Part shown: one piece after another, positions 1 through 8,068 of the stretch
Layout of the letters: the number at the start of each line of letters is the position of its first letter
How positions within the stretch are numbered: position 1 is the first letter of the stretch
Source of the DNA: a virus
Taxonomy: Duplodnaviria; Caudoviricetes
DNA: 47,008 bases
Strand: one strand, 5' to 3'
IMG/VR virus record: IMGVR_UViG_3300048575_000432
Span: 1 to 47,008 of that record
The notes under the pieces: generated by a model
What the model saw: only the letters and a program-made list of their open reading frames with translations
Databases searched by the model: none
What the model was told of the DNA's origin: nothing
Translations under genes and position numbers: made by a program

Positions 1-327
1 ATGAGCCCGCCAGCACTGTTGAAATGGTTGGATCGCCAGGACGCAGATCGTATCGTGCTGGTTGCGAACAAGTGGAACCTGGCTTGGATGTTTGATCAAG
101 CGATTCCCGGCCCCCCCGCACTTCACCTCCCGGGCGATGACAACAGCGTCGGAACGCTGATGTTCATTGAAGCGTACTGCAAGGAATGCGAGAGGGCCTA
201 TCCTCCCGACAGTCTCGCAATGCGACACTGGGGATATGACCACGGCATTCTGGCCGCTGGCGGTGGTCGGAGGCTCGTTTGTCCCGAGAAACACGTAGTA
301 TTGGAGGTTCTGGATTGGCAGTCGTGA
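1..327 (+). CDS. hypothetical protein, putative integron cassette gene
   Basis: 108-aa ORF whose stop is followed within 5 nt by an attC-like element. Confidence 0.6.
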   Translation: MSPPALLKWLDRQDADRIVLVANKWNLAWMFDQAIPGPPALHLPGDDNSVGTLMFIEAYCKECERAYPPDSLAMRHWGYDHGILAAGGGRRLVCPEKHVVLEVLDWQS

Positions 328-331
328 AATC

Positions 332-457
332 TGCCAGCACGCCGCACCCGCAGGGCGAGTCGCCGCTTGGTCATGCGGAAGGTAGATGGTAGACTGACTG
401 GCAATACGGACCTTTGAAGGGTAATGGCCGCGGCGACGGGTGTGGCTCCCGTTGGAT
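332..457 (+). mobile_element. attC-like recombination site 1
   Basis: TGCCAGC...GTTGGAT ends; inverted arms gcacccg/cgggtgt and gtcgccgc/gcggcgac; left core is AGC rather than canonical AAC. Confidence 0.55.
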
Positions 458-506
458 AGCAACGCGAAGGAAGCCGGTGCGCTGGTATGCCGGGTGACGC
501 AAACGA

Positions 507-722
507 ATGGAAATACTCGTCAATCTCTGCATTTTGCTGGGCATCCCACTGGCGTTGTTCGGCCTGCGGTGGTTTCTCTTTGGTCCGCCGGACGATGATG
601 ATCGGGGGGGCTGGACACCGTGGGGATGAACGCGAGTGGGCACTCGCTATCGACGGCAACAAGGCATACGACGGCGTTTGGAAGTTGAGGCGGCTACCGG
701 CTGGCAGCTCTGGAAGAAGTAA
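507..722 (+). pseudogene. small membrane-protein cassette ORF with an in-frame TGA at 627-629 (or a 40-aa peptide)
   Basis: ATG507 MEILVNLCILLGIPLALFGLRWFLFG; frame reopens after the TGA and ends at TAA 720-722, overlapping the next attC core (TAAC). Confidence 0.35.
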
Positions 723-874
723 CCTCGACCTGCCGAGCACCAACCCCGCCCGCAGAGCCGCTGCGCGGACGCCGCCGGGTGTGGTGCAGGCGGCCGAGGG
801 GTAGTAGAATCGAGTAGCTGTTCGACGCCTGTTCGCTCCGCGAGGGGCGGCGTCGGGCAGGCGAACCGTTGGCT
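717..874 (+). mobile_element. attC-like recombination site 2
   Basis: AAGTAAC...GTTGGCT; arms cctgccga/tcgggcagg and gacgccgcc/ggcggcgtc. Confidence 0.65.
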
Positions 875-893
875 TTCTGGACGGAGCGGCAGG

Positions 894-1229
894 ATGAAAC
901 GATCCTATTACGCCGCGAGATCGAAGAAGACAGTGGAGTCTGTCTGTCGCTCCTTGAGAGACAGCCTCGGCCTTCCCGACTTCGTGTTTGATTCGCATGA
1001 CTCTTGGCGATACGGATGGTCGCGGAGTGCAGTGATGGGATTCAATGTGACCAAAGCGGCCGATTTCACGACCGTGGAGACGTGGATGGCGGAGTGCCCC
1101 AAGGGAGTCAACTTCCAGATCATTGTCGAGGCAGAGTCCACCCCCCCCCCGAACCTGGGGCAAGCTCTTTCAACGGCACTCGGCGTTGCTCCTTTGAAGT
1201 ACTTTGAGAAGGAAGTCGCCGAGGGATAG
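894..1229 (+). CDS. hypothetical protein, putative cassette gene (C10 tract at 1141-1150)
   Basis: 111-aa ORF filling the interval between two attC-like sites. Confidence 0.65.
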   Translation: MKRSYYAARSKKTVESVCRSLRDSLGLPDFVFDSHDSWRYGWSRSAVMGFNVTKAADFTTVETWMAECPKGVNFQIIVEAESTPPPNLGQALSTALGVAPLKYFEKEVAEG

Positions 1230-1230
1230 C

Positions 1231-1379
1231 AACCAACAACGGCTGGCCGCTGATTCGCCGCCGCTGCGCGGCGGACGCCTTGATGTTAGTTCAAACCGTA
1301 GTCCTTCGATAGAATCGAGCGTACTTCCCGGCTTGGCCTTTGCTGGAGAGCACGGCGTCGGGCAGACCTCCCGTTAGCC
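1231..1379 (+). mobile_element. attC-like recombination site 3
   Basis: AACCAAC...GTTAGCC; shares gccgctgcgcgg, tagaatcgag and ggcgtcgggcag with site 2. Confidence 0.65.
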
Positions 1380-1397
1380 GAACGACGAGACCGACGG

Positions 1398-1808
1398 ATG
1401 CCGCGATTCGACTCGACGAAACCGCTAAGACAACTTCGTGCTTTTGCGGCGGCTCTTGGCTGGCGCGGTCTCGAAATGTGGCAGCATGGAGGGGAGGAGG
1501 GAAGGATCGTCACTTGGTACGAGACGACCGACCGGAAGTTCTTCCTCCAAATCAATGAGCATCCCTGCTACCAGACCGAGACGTACTCAGCGGCTGTCTA
1601 TGCGGAACGCTACGGCATCTGCACTGGCTGGCACCGTTTCAAACTCGCCGACCGTGAGGCGGCGTCGGCATTGGCCCCTTGGTTGAATCGTCGCCAATTC
1701 AAAGATCGCGTGTGGCGACGCGACTTCACAAAACGCCATCCGGAGTGTTGTGTTCCGCAAGCCACATGGCCACCTTGCTTTCCGGAGGACGCGAAGCCCC
1801 CAGCGTGA
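1398..1808 (+). CDS. hypothetical protein, putative cassette gene
   Basis: 136-aa ORF starting 18 nt after GTTAGCC and followed by GCCCAAC (RYYYAAC) at 1813-1819. Confidence 0.6.
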   Translation: MPRFDSTKPLRQLRAFAAALGWRGLEMWQHGGEEGRIVTWYETTDRKFFLQINEHPCYQTETYSAAVYAERYGICTGWHRFKLADREAASALAPWLNRRQFKDRVWRRDFTKRHPECCVPQATWPPCFPEDAKPPA

Positions 1809-2283
1809 CCCCGCCCAACAGCGCACGCAGAGGCCCTTCTGACGCCTTCCCTGATGGGCAAGCAGGGGGACGTAAGCGCGATGGAACGGTGCGTTTTCAA
1901 AGGCATGACGCGGGTGTCCAATGGCAAGACACAAGCATGTCCCCGACCGCGCGCACCGGGAGTGCCCGCTCGGCCCAGCGATCCCTTGTCGCCCTGGTGG
2001 CCCGTGGGCTCGACGCCGTCTCATCGGCGACCATCCACGCCTTCCGTAAGACGGCACTTCAATACGCCCGACGGGGGGAGACCTCGATGCCTCGACTGCG
2101 CGAGACGCTCGTGTTGGAGCCGACGTCACGGCGCAGCACTATGTCCGAAAAGAGTTGGAGCGGAGCCTCCAGGAACCGGCGTCCAGCCATTGATGGGAGC
2201 GGACTGAAGGAATCTGCCGGGACGCTTCTTGAGAAATCTTGCGAACTGCTGAACCGCAGGGCAAACCGCCTTCCCCAAGAAAC

Positions 2284-2314
2284 TCTTAAAGCCCTGCATT
2301 GCAAGGCTTTAAGA
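2284..2314 (-). terminator. stem-loop directly downstream of the tRNA 3' end
   Basis: tcttaaagcc / ggctttaaga inverted repeat with inner tgca/tgca pairing. Confidence 0.6.
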
Positions 2315-2316
2315 AG

Positions 2317-2361
2317 CACCCCCTAGGGGAGTCGAACCCCTGTTCTCGGACTGAGAATCCG
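2317..2361 (-). tRNA. 3' fragment of tRNA-Glu(CTC); prophage att core, not an intact tRNA
   Basis: minus strand: anticodon arm cgga-ttCTCag-tccg, T arm agggg-TTCGACT-cccct, acceptor 3' strand aggggg-t plus g; no D arm or 5' acceptor strand upstream. Confidence 0.85.
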
Positions 2362-2487
2362 TGACGCTTCAGACAGCGGACGGATGCTCCGTTTTCTGAT
2401 CCTGAGGCGGTTCCGGTTGCGTCCGGGGCGTCGCGGTGCTATCCTCCGGGGCGTTGGTTGGGGTGGTTTCTTCCGAAAGGGGGCACG

Positions 2488-3237
2488 ATGAGCAAGCTCA
2501 ATGCGGCGGTGTTGGCTCTCTGCATGTTCGCAGCGGGCGTTCTGGGCGGGCTGGCGTTTGCTGCCATCAATCGCGGATCGCTGGGCGAGATGACGGAGGA
2601 GAGGGATCGGCTCGTGGCGGAGAACGAGAAGCTGCAGGCGGAGGTGGATGGGCTGACGCCGCAACTGGCCGAGGCGATCTCCGCGCAGCAAGACCTGACC
2701 GAGAAGCTGCGCAGAACTACCGAGGTCCACGTCAAGACGACCGAGCATCTCGTGAAGAGCCAGGCGGTTCTCGGAATGCTGCTCAAGGTGCCGGAGGTCC
2801 GGCCATTCCTGCTTGGCGATCAGTTCCGCCGTTCCTTCAAGGCGGATTGGTGGTTCCCTGAGACGGCGTTCAAGCTGATCGGCGGCCGGTGGTTCGTGGA
2901 AGAACTCGCCGAGCAGAAGCTGATCGACAAAGAGGCGGTCGCGAAAACTTCCGAGGAATCGACATGGAAAACCGTGGCCACCTGGACCGTGCGCGGGGCA
3001 AAGTCCACCGAGTCTTTCGAGACAATCAGCCCGGTTTGGAGAGTGTCATGGAAGCTCCGGGGACGCGGGCAGGGATGGGTCGCCATCTACGTCAAGAATG
3101 TCGACGGCAAGGTGGTCCAGACGATGATGGGAGAAGGGGCTGACTCCTCGTTTGTGCGAGTGCCTCCGGGGTCGTTCTATCTGGAAGTCAACACGGTCGG
3201 AACCGAGGCGACAATCACCGTCGAGGAGCCAATCTAG
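2488..3237 (+). CDS. membrane-anchored coiled-coil protein with C-terminal beta domain (moron-like)
   Basis: N-terminal hydrophobic helix, heptad-like segment, AGGGGG upstream of ATG2488; opposite strand to the rest of the prophage. Confidence 0.7.
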   Translation: MSKLNAAVLALCMFAAGVLGGLAFAAINRGSLGEMTEERDRLVAENEKLQAEVDGLTPQLAEAISAQQDLTEKLRRTTEVHVKTTEHLVKSQAVLGMLLKVPEVRPFLLGDQFRRSFKADWWFPETAFKLIGGRWFVEELAEQKLIDKEAVAKTSEESTWKTVATWTVRGAKSTESFETISPVWRVSWKLRGRGQGWVAIYVKNVDGKVVQTMMGEGADSSFVRVPPGSFYLEVNTVGTEATITVEEPI

Positions 3238-3251
3238 TACGGCCCCATTTC

Positions 3252-3617
3252 TTACGAAATGGCCGGCCGCTCGCCCCACTCCTTGCGCCAGAGGTGTGGC
3301 AGGAGGAGGGCTTGGGCGTAGAGCTCGAGTTCTCCTTCGGTCGGCTCGCAACAACGGATCTCCCAGCGGGCGAGGATCGCCTGCATCTCGGCCAGCGGGC
3401 GGTGCTCGCGGTAGTAGGGACCGGCCAGGAGCCGCTCGACGGTTGACCAGATCCGCTGGCGGTTGGCCGCGATCCGCGCGGCGACGACGGCCTGGTCGGG
3501 CAGCCTTCCGCCGCAGCGGCGGAAGGCACGCGCGCCGGGCGGGAGGTTTTGGAACGGGCGGCCGCAGTGAGGACAGTACCGCGTGCCGTCGGGATGGGTG
3601 GCTAGTTCGCAGAGCAT
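3252..3617 (-). CDS. Cys-rich hypothetical protein, last gene of the tail operon
   Basis: 121 aa; CPHCG and further Cys residues. Confidence 0.6.
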   Translation of the reverse strand: MLCELATHPDGTRYCPHCGRPFQNLPPGARAFRRCGGRLPDQAVVAARIAANRQRIWSTVERLLAGPYYREHRPLAEMQAILARWEIRCCEPTEGELELYAQALLLPHLWRKEWGERPAIS

Positions 3618-3625
3618 CCTTCACC

Positions 3626-4993
3626 TCACGCATTGGCCCAGACGCAGGTCGGCGAGGCCTTGAGCACGGCACGGCCGGGCGTGGCCGATTCGAGGACAAG
3701 CCCGACCGTGGTCCAACTGCCGCGAAAGACGATCTTCGTGTCGGGCTCCGCGCCGGGGTCGCCGGCGTAGATCGTGGCGCGGACCACGTTGGCCGGCTCG
3801 AAGGAGAGCTCCGCCCACACGACGTGGCCGCTCTCGGCCGTGCAACCGGTCGCGACCCTCGCGCCGGACATGACGCAAGGGTGTTCCGGGTCGTAGGCCA
3901 CGTAGTGGGAACCGTTGGCCTTGGAGCAGTCGCACTCGCCGGCGTCCTCGAACACGTTCACGTCGAGGCGGTATTCCTGGGGCAGACGGCCGCCGGCTTG
4001 CACGTTCTCGCAGCGGCCGGCCAGGTCGCACAGGTCGCAGGCGTCGTAGACATAGACCGCGTAGAGGCTTGTCCAGCCGCCACCGCCGGCGGCGTCGTGC
4101 AACGTCTCCAGCCAGAAGGTCGGGCCCAAGGGCGGGACCGGCGTAAAACGGTTGGCGGCGATCGCCTCGGTGATGCTGGCCTTCGCGATCGTCTTGTAGC
4201 CCCAGGAGAGGATCCCGTGGTGGTAGGCGAGATCGACGGTCACGACGACCTGCGCAGTATAGAGCCAGCCCCCGTATTGCCAGGTGATCGAGCTCGTGCT
4301 TTCGGCGACCACCTCCCCATCCACGACCACTTGGGCCAGCATGCTGCCGTAGATTGCGCCGGGCGGCAATTGGTAGCGGTACTCGATGTGCACGCGATCG
4401 GACAGCCAGAGACGACAGCGGGCCGCATCGGGGAAGCAGATCGTGGTGACGAGGTGGAATTCCTCGGGCATCTCCTTGAGGCAACGCAGCACGGTCCGCG
4501 GCGGGGGCGTCGTCGCGCTGTAGGGATGATGCAGCACGGCTCCCATTTGCCCCGAGGTGCCATCGCGGATCCAGTCGCCGGCCTCCTCCTGCCAGTGTTC
4601 GCCGAGGTCGGTCGCCGGCGTCTCTGCCGAGCGGTACCAATCGTCGCTCCACTTCGGGCAATTCAGCGGGCCCTCGAAATACCAATGGCCGTCGATCCAG
4701 ACCGGGGCGACCAACGTAGCCTCGCGCGCGTAGCTATGCTCCGCCACGTCGTAGGCGACCGCCACCGGTGTGGCTTGGCGCGGATAGCCGGTGTACCCAC
4801 TCCTCAGGTCCCACCAGTAGTCGATGAAACGGATCCAGTACTTCCTCGGCTTTTCCGCCCGGGTCGGGTAGTGGCCTGTTTCCGGATCCGCCACGGTCCT
4901 GGCCAGCTTCGCTCGCCGGCCGGGCCCGGCCAGCGGCGGGCGTGTCGCGATGGCGTCGATCCGCTCCTCCAGTCGCCTCAGATGCTCGTCCAT
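3626..4993 (-). CDS. putative tail-tip / receptor-binding protein
   Basis: end of tail module; beta-rich core, Cys-rich C-terminus; start MDEHLRR. Confidence 0.55.
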   Translation of the reverse strand: MDEHLRRLEERIDAIATRPPLAGPGRRAKLARTVADPETGHYPTRAEKPRKYWIRFIDYWWDLRSGYTGYPRQATPVAVAYDVAEHSYAREATLVAPVWIDGHWYFEGPLNCPKWSDDWYRSAETPATDLGEHWQEEAGDWIRDGTSGQMGAVLHHPYSATTPPPRTVLRCLKEMPEEFHLVTTICFPDAARCRLWLSDRVHIEYRYQLPPGAIYGSMLAQVVVDGEVVAESTSSITWQYGGWLYTAQVVVTVDLAYHHGILSWGYKTIAKASITEAIAANRFTPVPPLGPTFWLETLHDAAGGGGWTSLYAVYVYDACDLCDLAGRCENVQAGGRLPQEYRLDVNVFEDAGECDCSKANGSHYVAYDPEHPCVMSGARVATGCTAESGHVVWAELSFEPANVVRATIYAGDPGAEPDTKIVFRGSWTTVGLVLESATPGRAVLKASPTCVWANA

Positions 4994-5352
4994 CGAGGAG
5001 CCTCCCGGGAGAACCACCAGCAGTTATTTTGGAACCGCACGATGAGGACCGTCCCCTGGGGCACGTAGCCGGGATCGCCAGCCAGGTTGCAGGCCCTCGT
5101 CCGGGCCTCGGCCTGGCGGGGAGTCGCCGTAAACACCTCGGCATCCTCCGGCGGCTCCGATCCGTCCACGAACACGATATAGTACCAGCGAGGCCGTTGG
5201 CTCGCGCCGGGGTAGTCGCCGCTCTCGGGAGTGGGCACCGTCATCGCCAGGCGGTCGTCTTGCCGGGCGCCGAGAAGGACTGGCCGGGCCTCGGCCGCGT
5301 CCACGCGGCGTTCCAGCTCGGCGATCCGGAGTTGCAGGTCTCGGTCGATCAT
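4978..5352 (-). CDS. small tail-associated protein, N-terminally paralogous to the next gene
   Basis: 124 aa; coiled start followed by PESGDYP...RPRWYYIVFVD. Confidence 0.6.
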   Translation of the reverse strand: MIDRDLQLRIAELERRVDAAEARPVLLGARQDDRLAMTVPTPESGDYPGASQRPRWYYIVFVDGSEPPEDAEVFTATPRQAEARTRACNLAGDPGYVPQGTVLIVRFQNNCWWFSREAPRWTSI

Positions 5353-5400
5353 GGCTCAGCTCTCGGCTTTCAGCTTTCAGCTCTCAGCAATCAGCTCGTC

Positions 5401-7596
5401 TCACAACAAACGCAACACGTCCAGCTCGCCCCATTGCGTGGCGACGCTGGTCCGGTGGGTCTCGCCCTCGCGCTGGGCCAGGTCGATGCGGACGCTGGTC
5501 ACCACGCTGCGGATCGGCTCGACCGTGTCGCCGTAGCCGACCTGCACGACCAGGTCGCCAATGGAGAAGATCCCGAGGAGCTGGCGATAGGTGACGCTGA
5601 TCGTCTGCCGCGGCCGAGCGTACCATTCATAAGCCTGGCGGGCCAGGTCGCGCAGGAGCGGCCGATCGTCGCGCAGCAGCTTGCCTTCAGGATAGGCACG
5701 CTGGAGCTTGCCGTCCTCGACCGAGGTCACGGTCCCCGGGGCGATCCACCAGAGCTCCGCGCGCTTGCTCGCGTCGAGCCGGCTGCCGTCGATCCGAAGA
5801 CGGCGCACCACGTCGACGTCGGCCGTGACCTCTTCGGGATAGGCGACCTCCAGCATCCGATCGGCACGCAGGGCCACGGTGGCCAGCAGGTTGTCGTGCC
5901 AGTCGAAGCTGCCGAAATTCTCCATGAGGACCGTGCTCATGATGACGGGGAAATCTTCGCTGGCGATCGCGTACTGCTCCGCGCCGTGGACGCGGAGGAT
6001 CAAGCCCGGGGCGTCGGGCTGCACGCGCACCGAGCATCCCCAATTCCGGCCGGCTCCCGCGCCGCACTCCTCGATCCCCGCGGCGGCCGCCAGCTTGTCG
6101 ACCTCCGCGTAGGTGTTCTCCCGGGCCGCTGGCTCCTTGACCTTGAGCAACACCAGCGGCTTGCGGTATTCCCACTTGAGCCGGTCCGGGGTCGTGTCGT
6201 CGTCTTTCAAGGGGAGCGTGTGCGCGAAGCGCAGATCGGGGATGTACCACACGCCGTCGGCCTCGGGATCGAGGCCGAGCTCCGTAAAGGGGAACAGATC
6301 GTGGGGCGTCCCCTCTTCTCCGTCCTTGACCTTGCCGTCCCAGGTCGGCGGCAGCCCAAAATAGGCGAACACGCGGGCGAGCCGATCGCTCGCCCGATAG
6401 TCGCGCATCCGCTGCTCACGGAGCGCCCGATCGTCCGGATCCAGGGGATGGACGCCAAAATCTTCCGGCTCCCGTGTATAGGCCGTCTGTTCTTCCGGCC
6501 GCCAGTGGGCGACCAGCGTCCCATCCTTGGCCGAGATCGTCCCGCAACAGAAGATGCGGCCGGCGGTGACCACGACCTGGTCGAAGGCCTGCGAGGCCGA
6601 GCCGCGGATCGTCGGCCGCTCGACGTCGATCGCTGTATCAAACACCCATTCGACCTGTTCGTCGTTGGAGGGGAACACGTTGCCGCTCGGCAGGTTGATG
6701 TCGATGTCGGCATAGGTGAAGGGACGCACGACGATGAAGTCGCCGTCCACGGTACCGGTCTCCTCGACCTCCAGGGTGTAGCCCAAGAGACGCCGGCGGT
6801 CCAGGAGCTCGTCGAGGAGCTGCTTGAGCGAACGGCCGTGGAGCTGGACGGTCGGCTTGTCCCAATCGGGCAGGTAACGGCCGGCCGTGTCGTGGAGCTT
6901 GAGCCGGATCACCGGGTTGCCGGCCGCATCGGTCGGCGCGTGGTAGGCGACCAGATACTCGAGCAGCGTCTTGGTCGACCAGTACGCACACTGGTCCTTG
7001 GCCAGGTTCCCGGCAAAGAGATAGGTCTCGTTGGCGCCAAGGTCCTTGGAGCGGTTGCCGCGATCGTCCAGGCGGTTCTCGCCGTTGGCCTCCAGGGCCC
7101 GGCCGATCTGGATCTCCTTGGGATTGTTGGGGGCCGTGACGTCCAGGTACCAGCAGGTGGTGATCTCCTGGCGATCGAGGATCGACTCCAGGCCATAGGC
7201 CAACAGCGCCTGCTCGCCGGTCGGCGTAGTGGCGCCGGCATGCGCGACCACGCCGTCGGGCATCCGTTCCTCTTCGTCGAGCCAGCCGAACCAGCGGATC
7301 GGCTCTTGGGGATTGCCTTCCTCGTCGTCGGCCTGGTCGATCTCCACTTTGACGAAATGCCGGAGCTTGTCAAGCTTGTCCACCGTGGCAAACGCGGCCT
7401 CGCCCGGGCGCATCCCCACGCCATGCCGCCACCGAAAGGCGGCCGAGGAGATCGAGGGGCCGGCGACTATGGTCAACCAGTCGCAATAGAGGTGCTTCAC
7501 CTCTTCCCAGTCGTCGAGCCACTTCTTCTTGACGTAGACGCGGTGGGCCTCGGCCGAGCGGGTGAAGGTTTTGGAGGTTTCGTAGCGGCGAACCAT
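5401..7596 (-). CDS. large minor tail / baseplate-hub-like protein
   Basis: ~731 aa from MVRRYETSK; GC-rich third positions; position in tail module; upstream ORF extension is shadow sequence. Confidence 0.65.
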   Translation of the reverse strand: MVRRYETSKTFTRSAEAHRVYVKKKWLDDWEEVKHLYCDWLTIVAGPSISSAAFRWRHGVGMRPGEAAFATVDKLDKLRHFVKVEIDQADDEEGNPQEPIRWFGWLDEEERMPDGVVAHAGATTPTGEQALLAYGLESILDRQEITTCWYLDVTAPNNPKEIQIGRALEANGENRLDDRGNRSKDLGANETYLFAGNLAKDQCAYWSTKTLLEYLVAYHAPTDAAGNPVIRLKLHDTAGRYLPDWDKPTVQLHGRSLKQLLDELLDRRRLLGYTLEVEETGTVDGDFIVVRPFTYADIDINLPSGNVFPSNDEQVEWVFDTAIDVERPTIRGSASQAFDQVVVTAGRIFCCGTISAKDGTLVAHWRPEEQTAYTREPEDFGVHPLDPDDRALREQRMRDYRASDRLARVFAYFGLPPTWDGKVKDGEEGTPHDLFPFTELGLDPEADGVWYIPDLRFAHTLPLKDDDTTPDRLKWEYRKPLVLLKVKEPAARENTYAEVDKLAAAAGIEECGAGAGRNWGCSVRVQPDAPGLILRVHGAEQYAIASEDFPVIMSTVLMENFGSFDWHDNLLATVALRADRMLEVAYPEEVTADVDVVRRLRIDGSRLDASKRAELWWIAPGTVTSVEDGKLQRAYPEGKLLRDDRPLLRDLARQAYEWYARPRQTISVTYRQLLGIFSIGDLVVQVGYGDTVEPIRSVVTSVRIDLAQREGETHRTSVATQWGELDVLRLL

Positions 7597-7667
7597 GGCG
7601 GAAAATGATGAATGATGAATGCAGAATGATGAATGAAAGAGGAAGACATTTCGTGGGAAATAGGTCC

Positions 7668-8066
7668 CTACTGCGTACTCTCCAGCCACTCGTGGGCGTA
7701 GATCCGGTAGGGCGGAATCGGGAACGGGGAGCCCTCGGTGGGCGTGACGGTGATCTGGACCACGTAGAGGTGGCCACCGGTCGGGAAGCAGGTGGCCGGC
7801 AGGACGGCGGCGAAGTTGTAGCCGGCCTCGGGATGAGGCCAGCCGCTGTCGGTCTGCGCCTCGTCGGAGATCACTTCGGCCGGCGTCAGGTTGCCGGATC
7901 CGGTGACCGCGTTGGAGTTGTCGGCGTCGAAGACTTGATAGGAGATCGTCTGGACCTGGTCGGCACCGATCAGCATGCCGGTCCAGCCGGTGAGGCGTGC
8001 CAGGACTTTGATCGCGAAATCTTCGACCGCGTGCCAGATCGGGAGCGAAGAAAGGTCGACGTGCAT
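7668..8066 (-). CDS. small beta-rich tail/baseplate protein
   Basis: 132 aa from MHVDLSSL, starts 2 nt after the upstream stop. Confidence 0.6.
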   Translation of the reverse strand: MHVDLSSLPIWHAVEDFAIKVLARLTGWTGMLIGADQVQTISYQVFDADNSNAVTGSGNLTPAEVISDEAQTDSGWPHPEAGYNFAAVLPATCFPTGGHLYVVQITVTPTEGSPFPIPPYRIYAHEWLESTQ

Positions 8067-8068
8067 GA

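Noticed and set aside
627-629. Selenocysteine or recoded TGA
   Set aside because: No SECIS-like support, and many genes here use TGA as a stop.
2224-2237. gcttc-ttga-gaaat as a ninth palindromic box
   Set aside because: Two mismatches and outside the att boundary.
1854-2283. ORFs between the cassette array and the tRNA fragment
   Set aside because: Overlapping ORFs with no convincing RBS or motif; cannot support a call.
2317-2400. Intact tRNA gene
   Set aside because: No D arm or 5' acceptor strand; only the 3' part is present.
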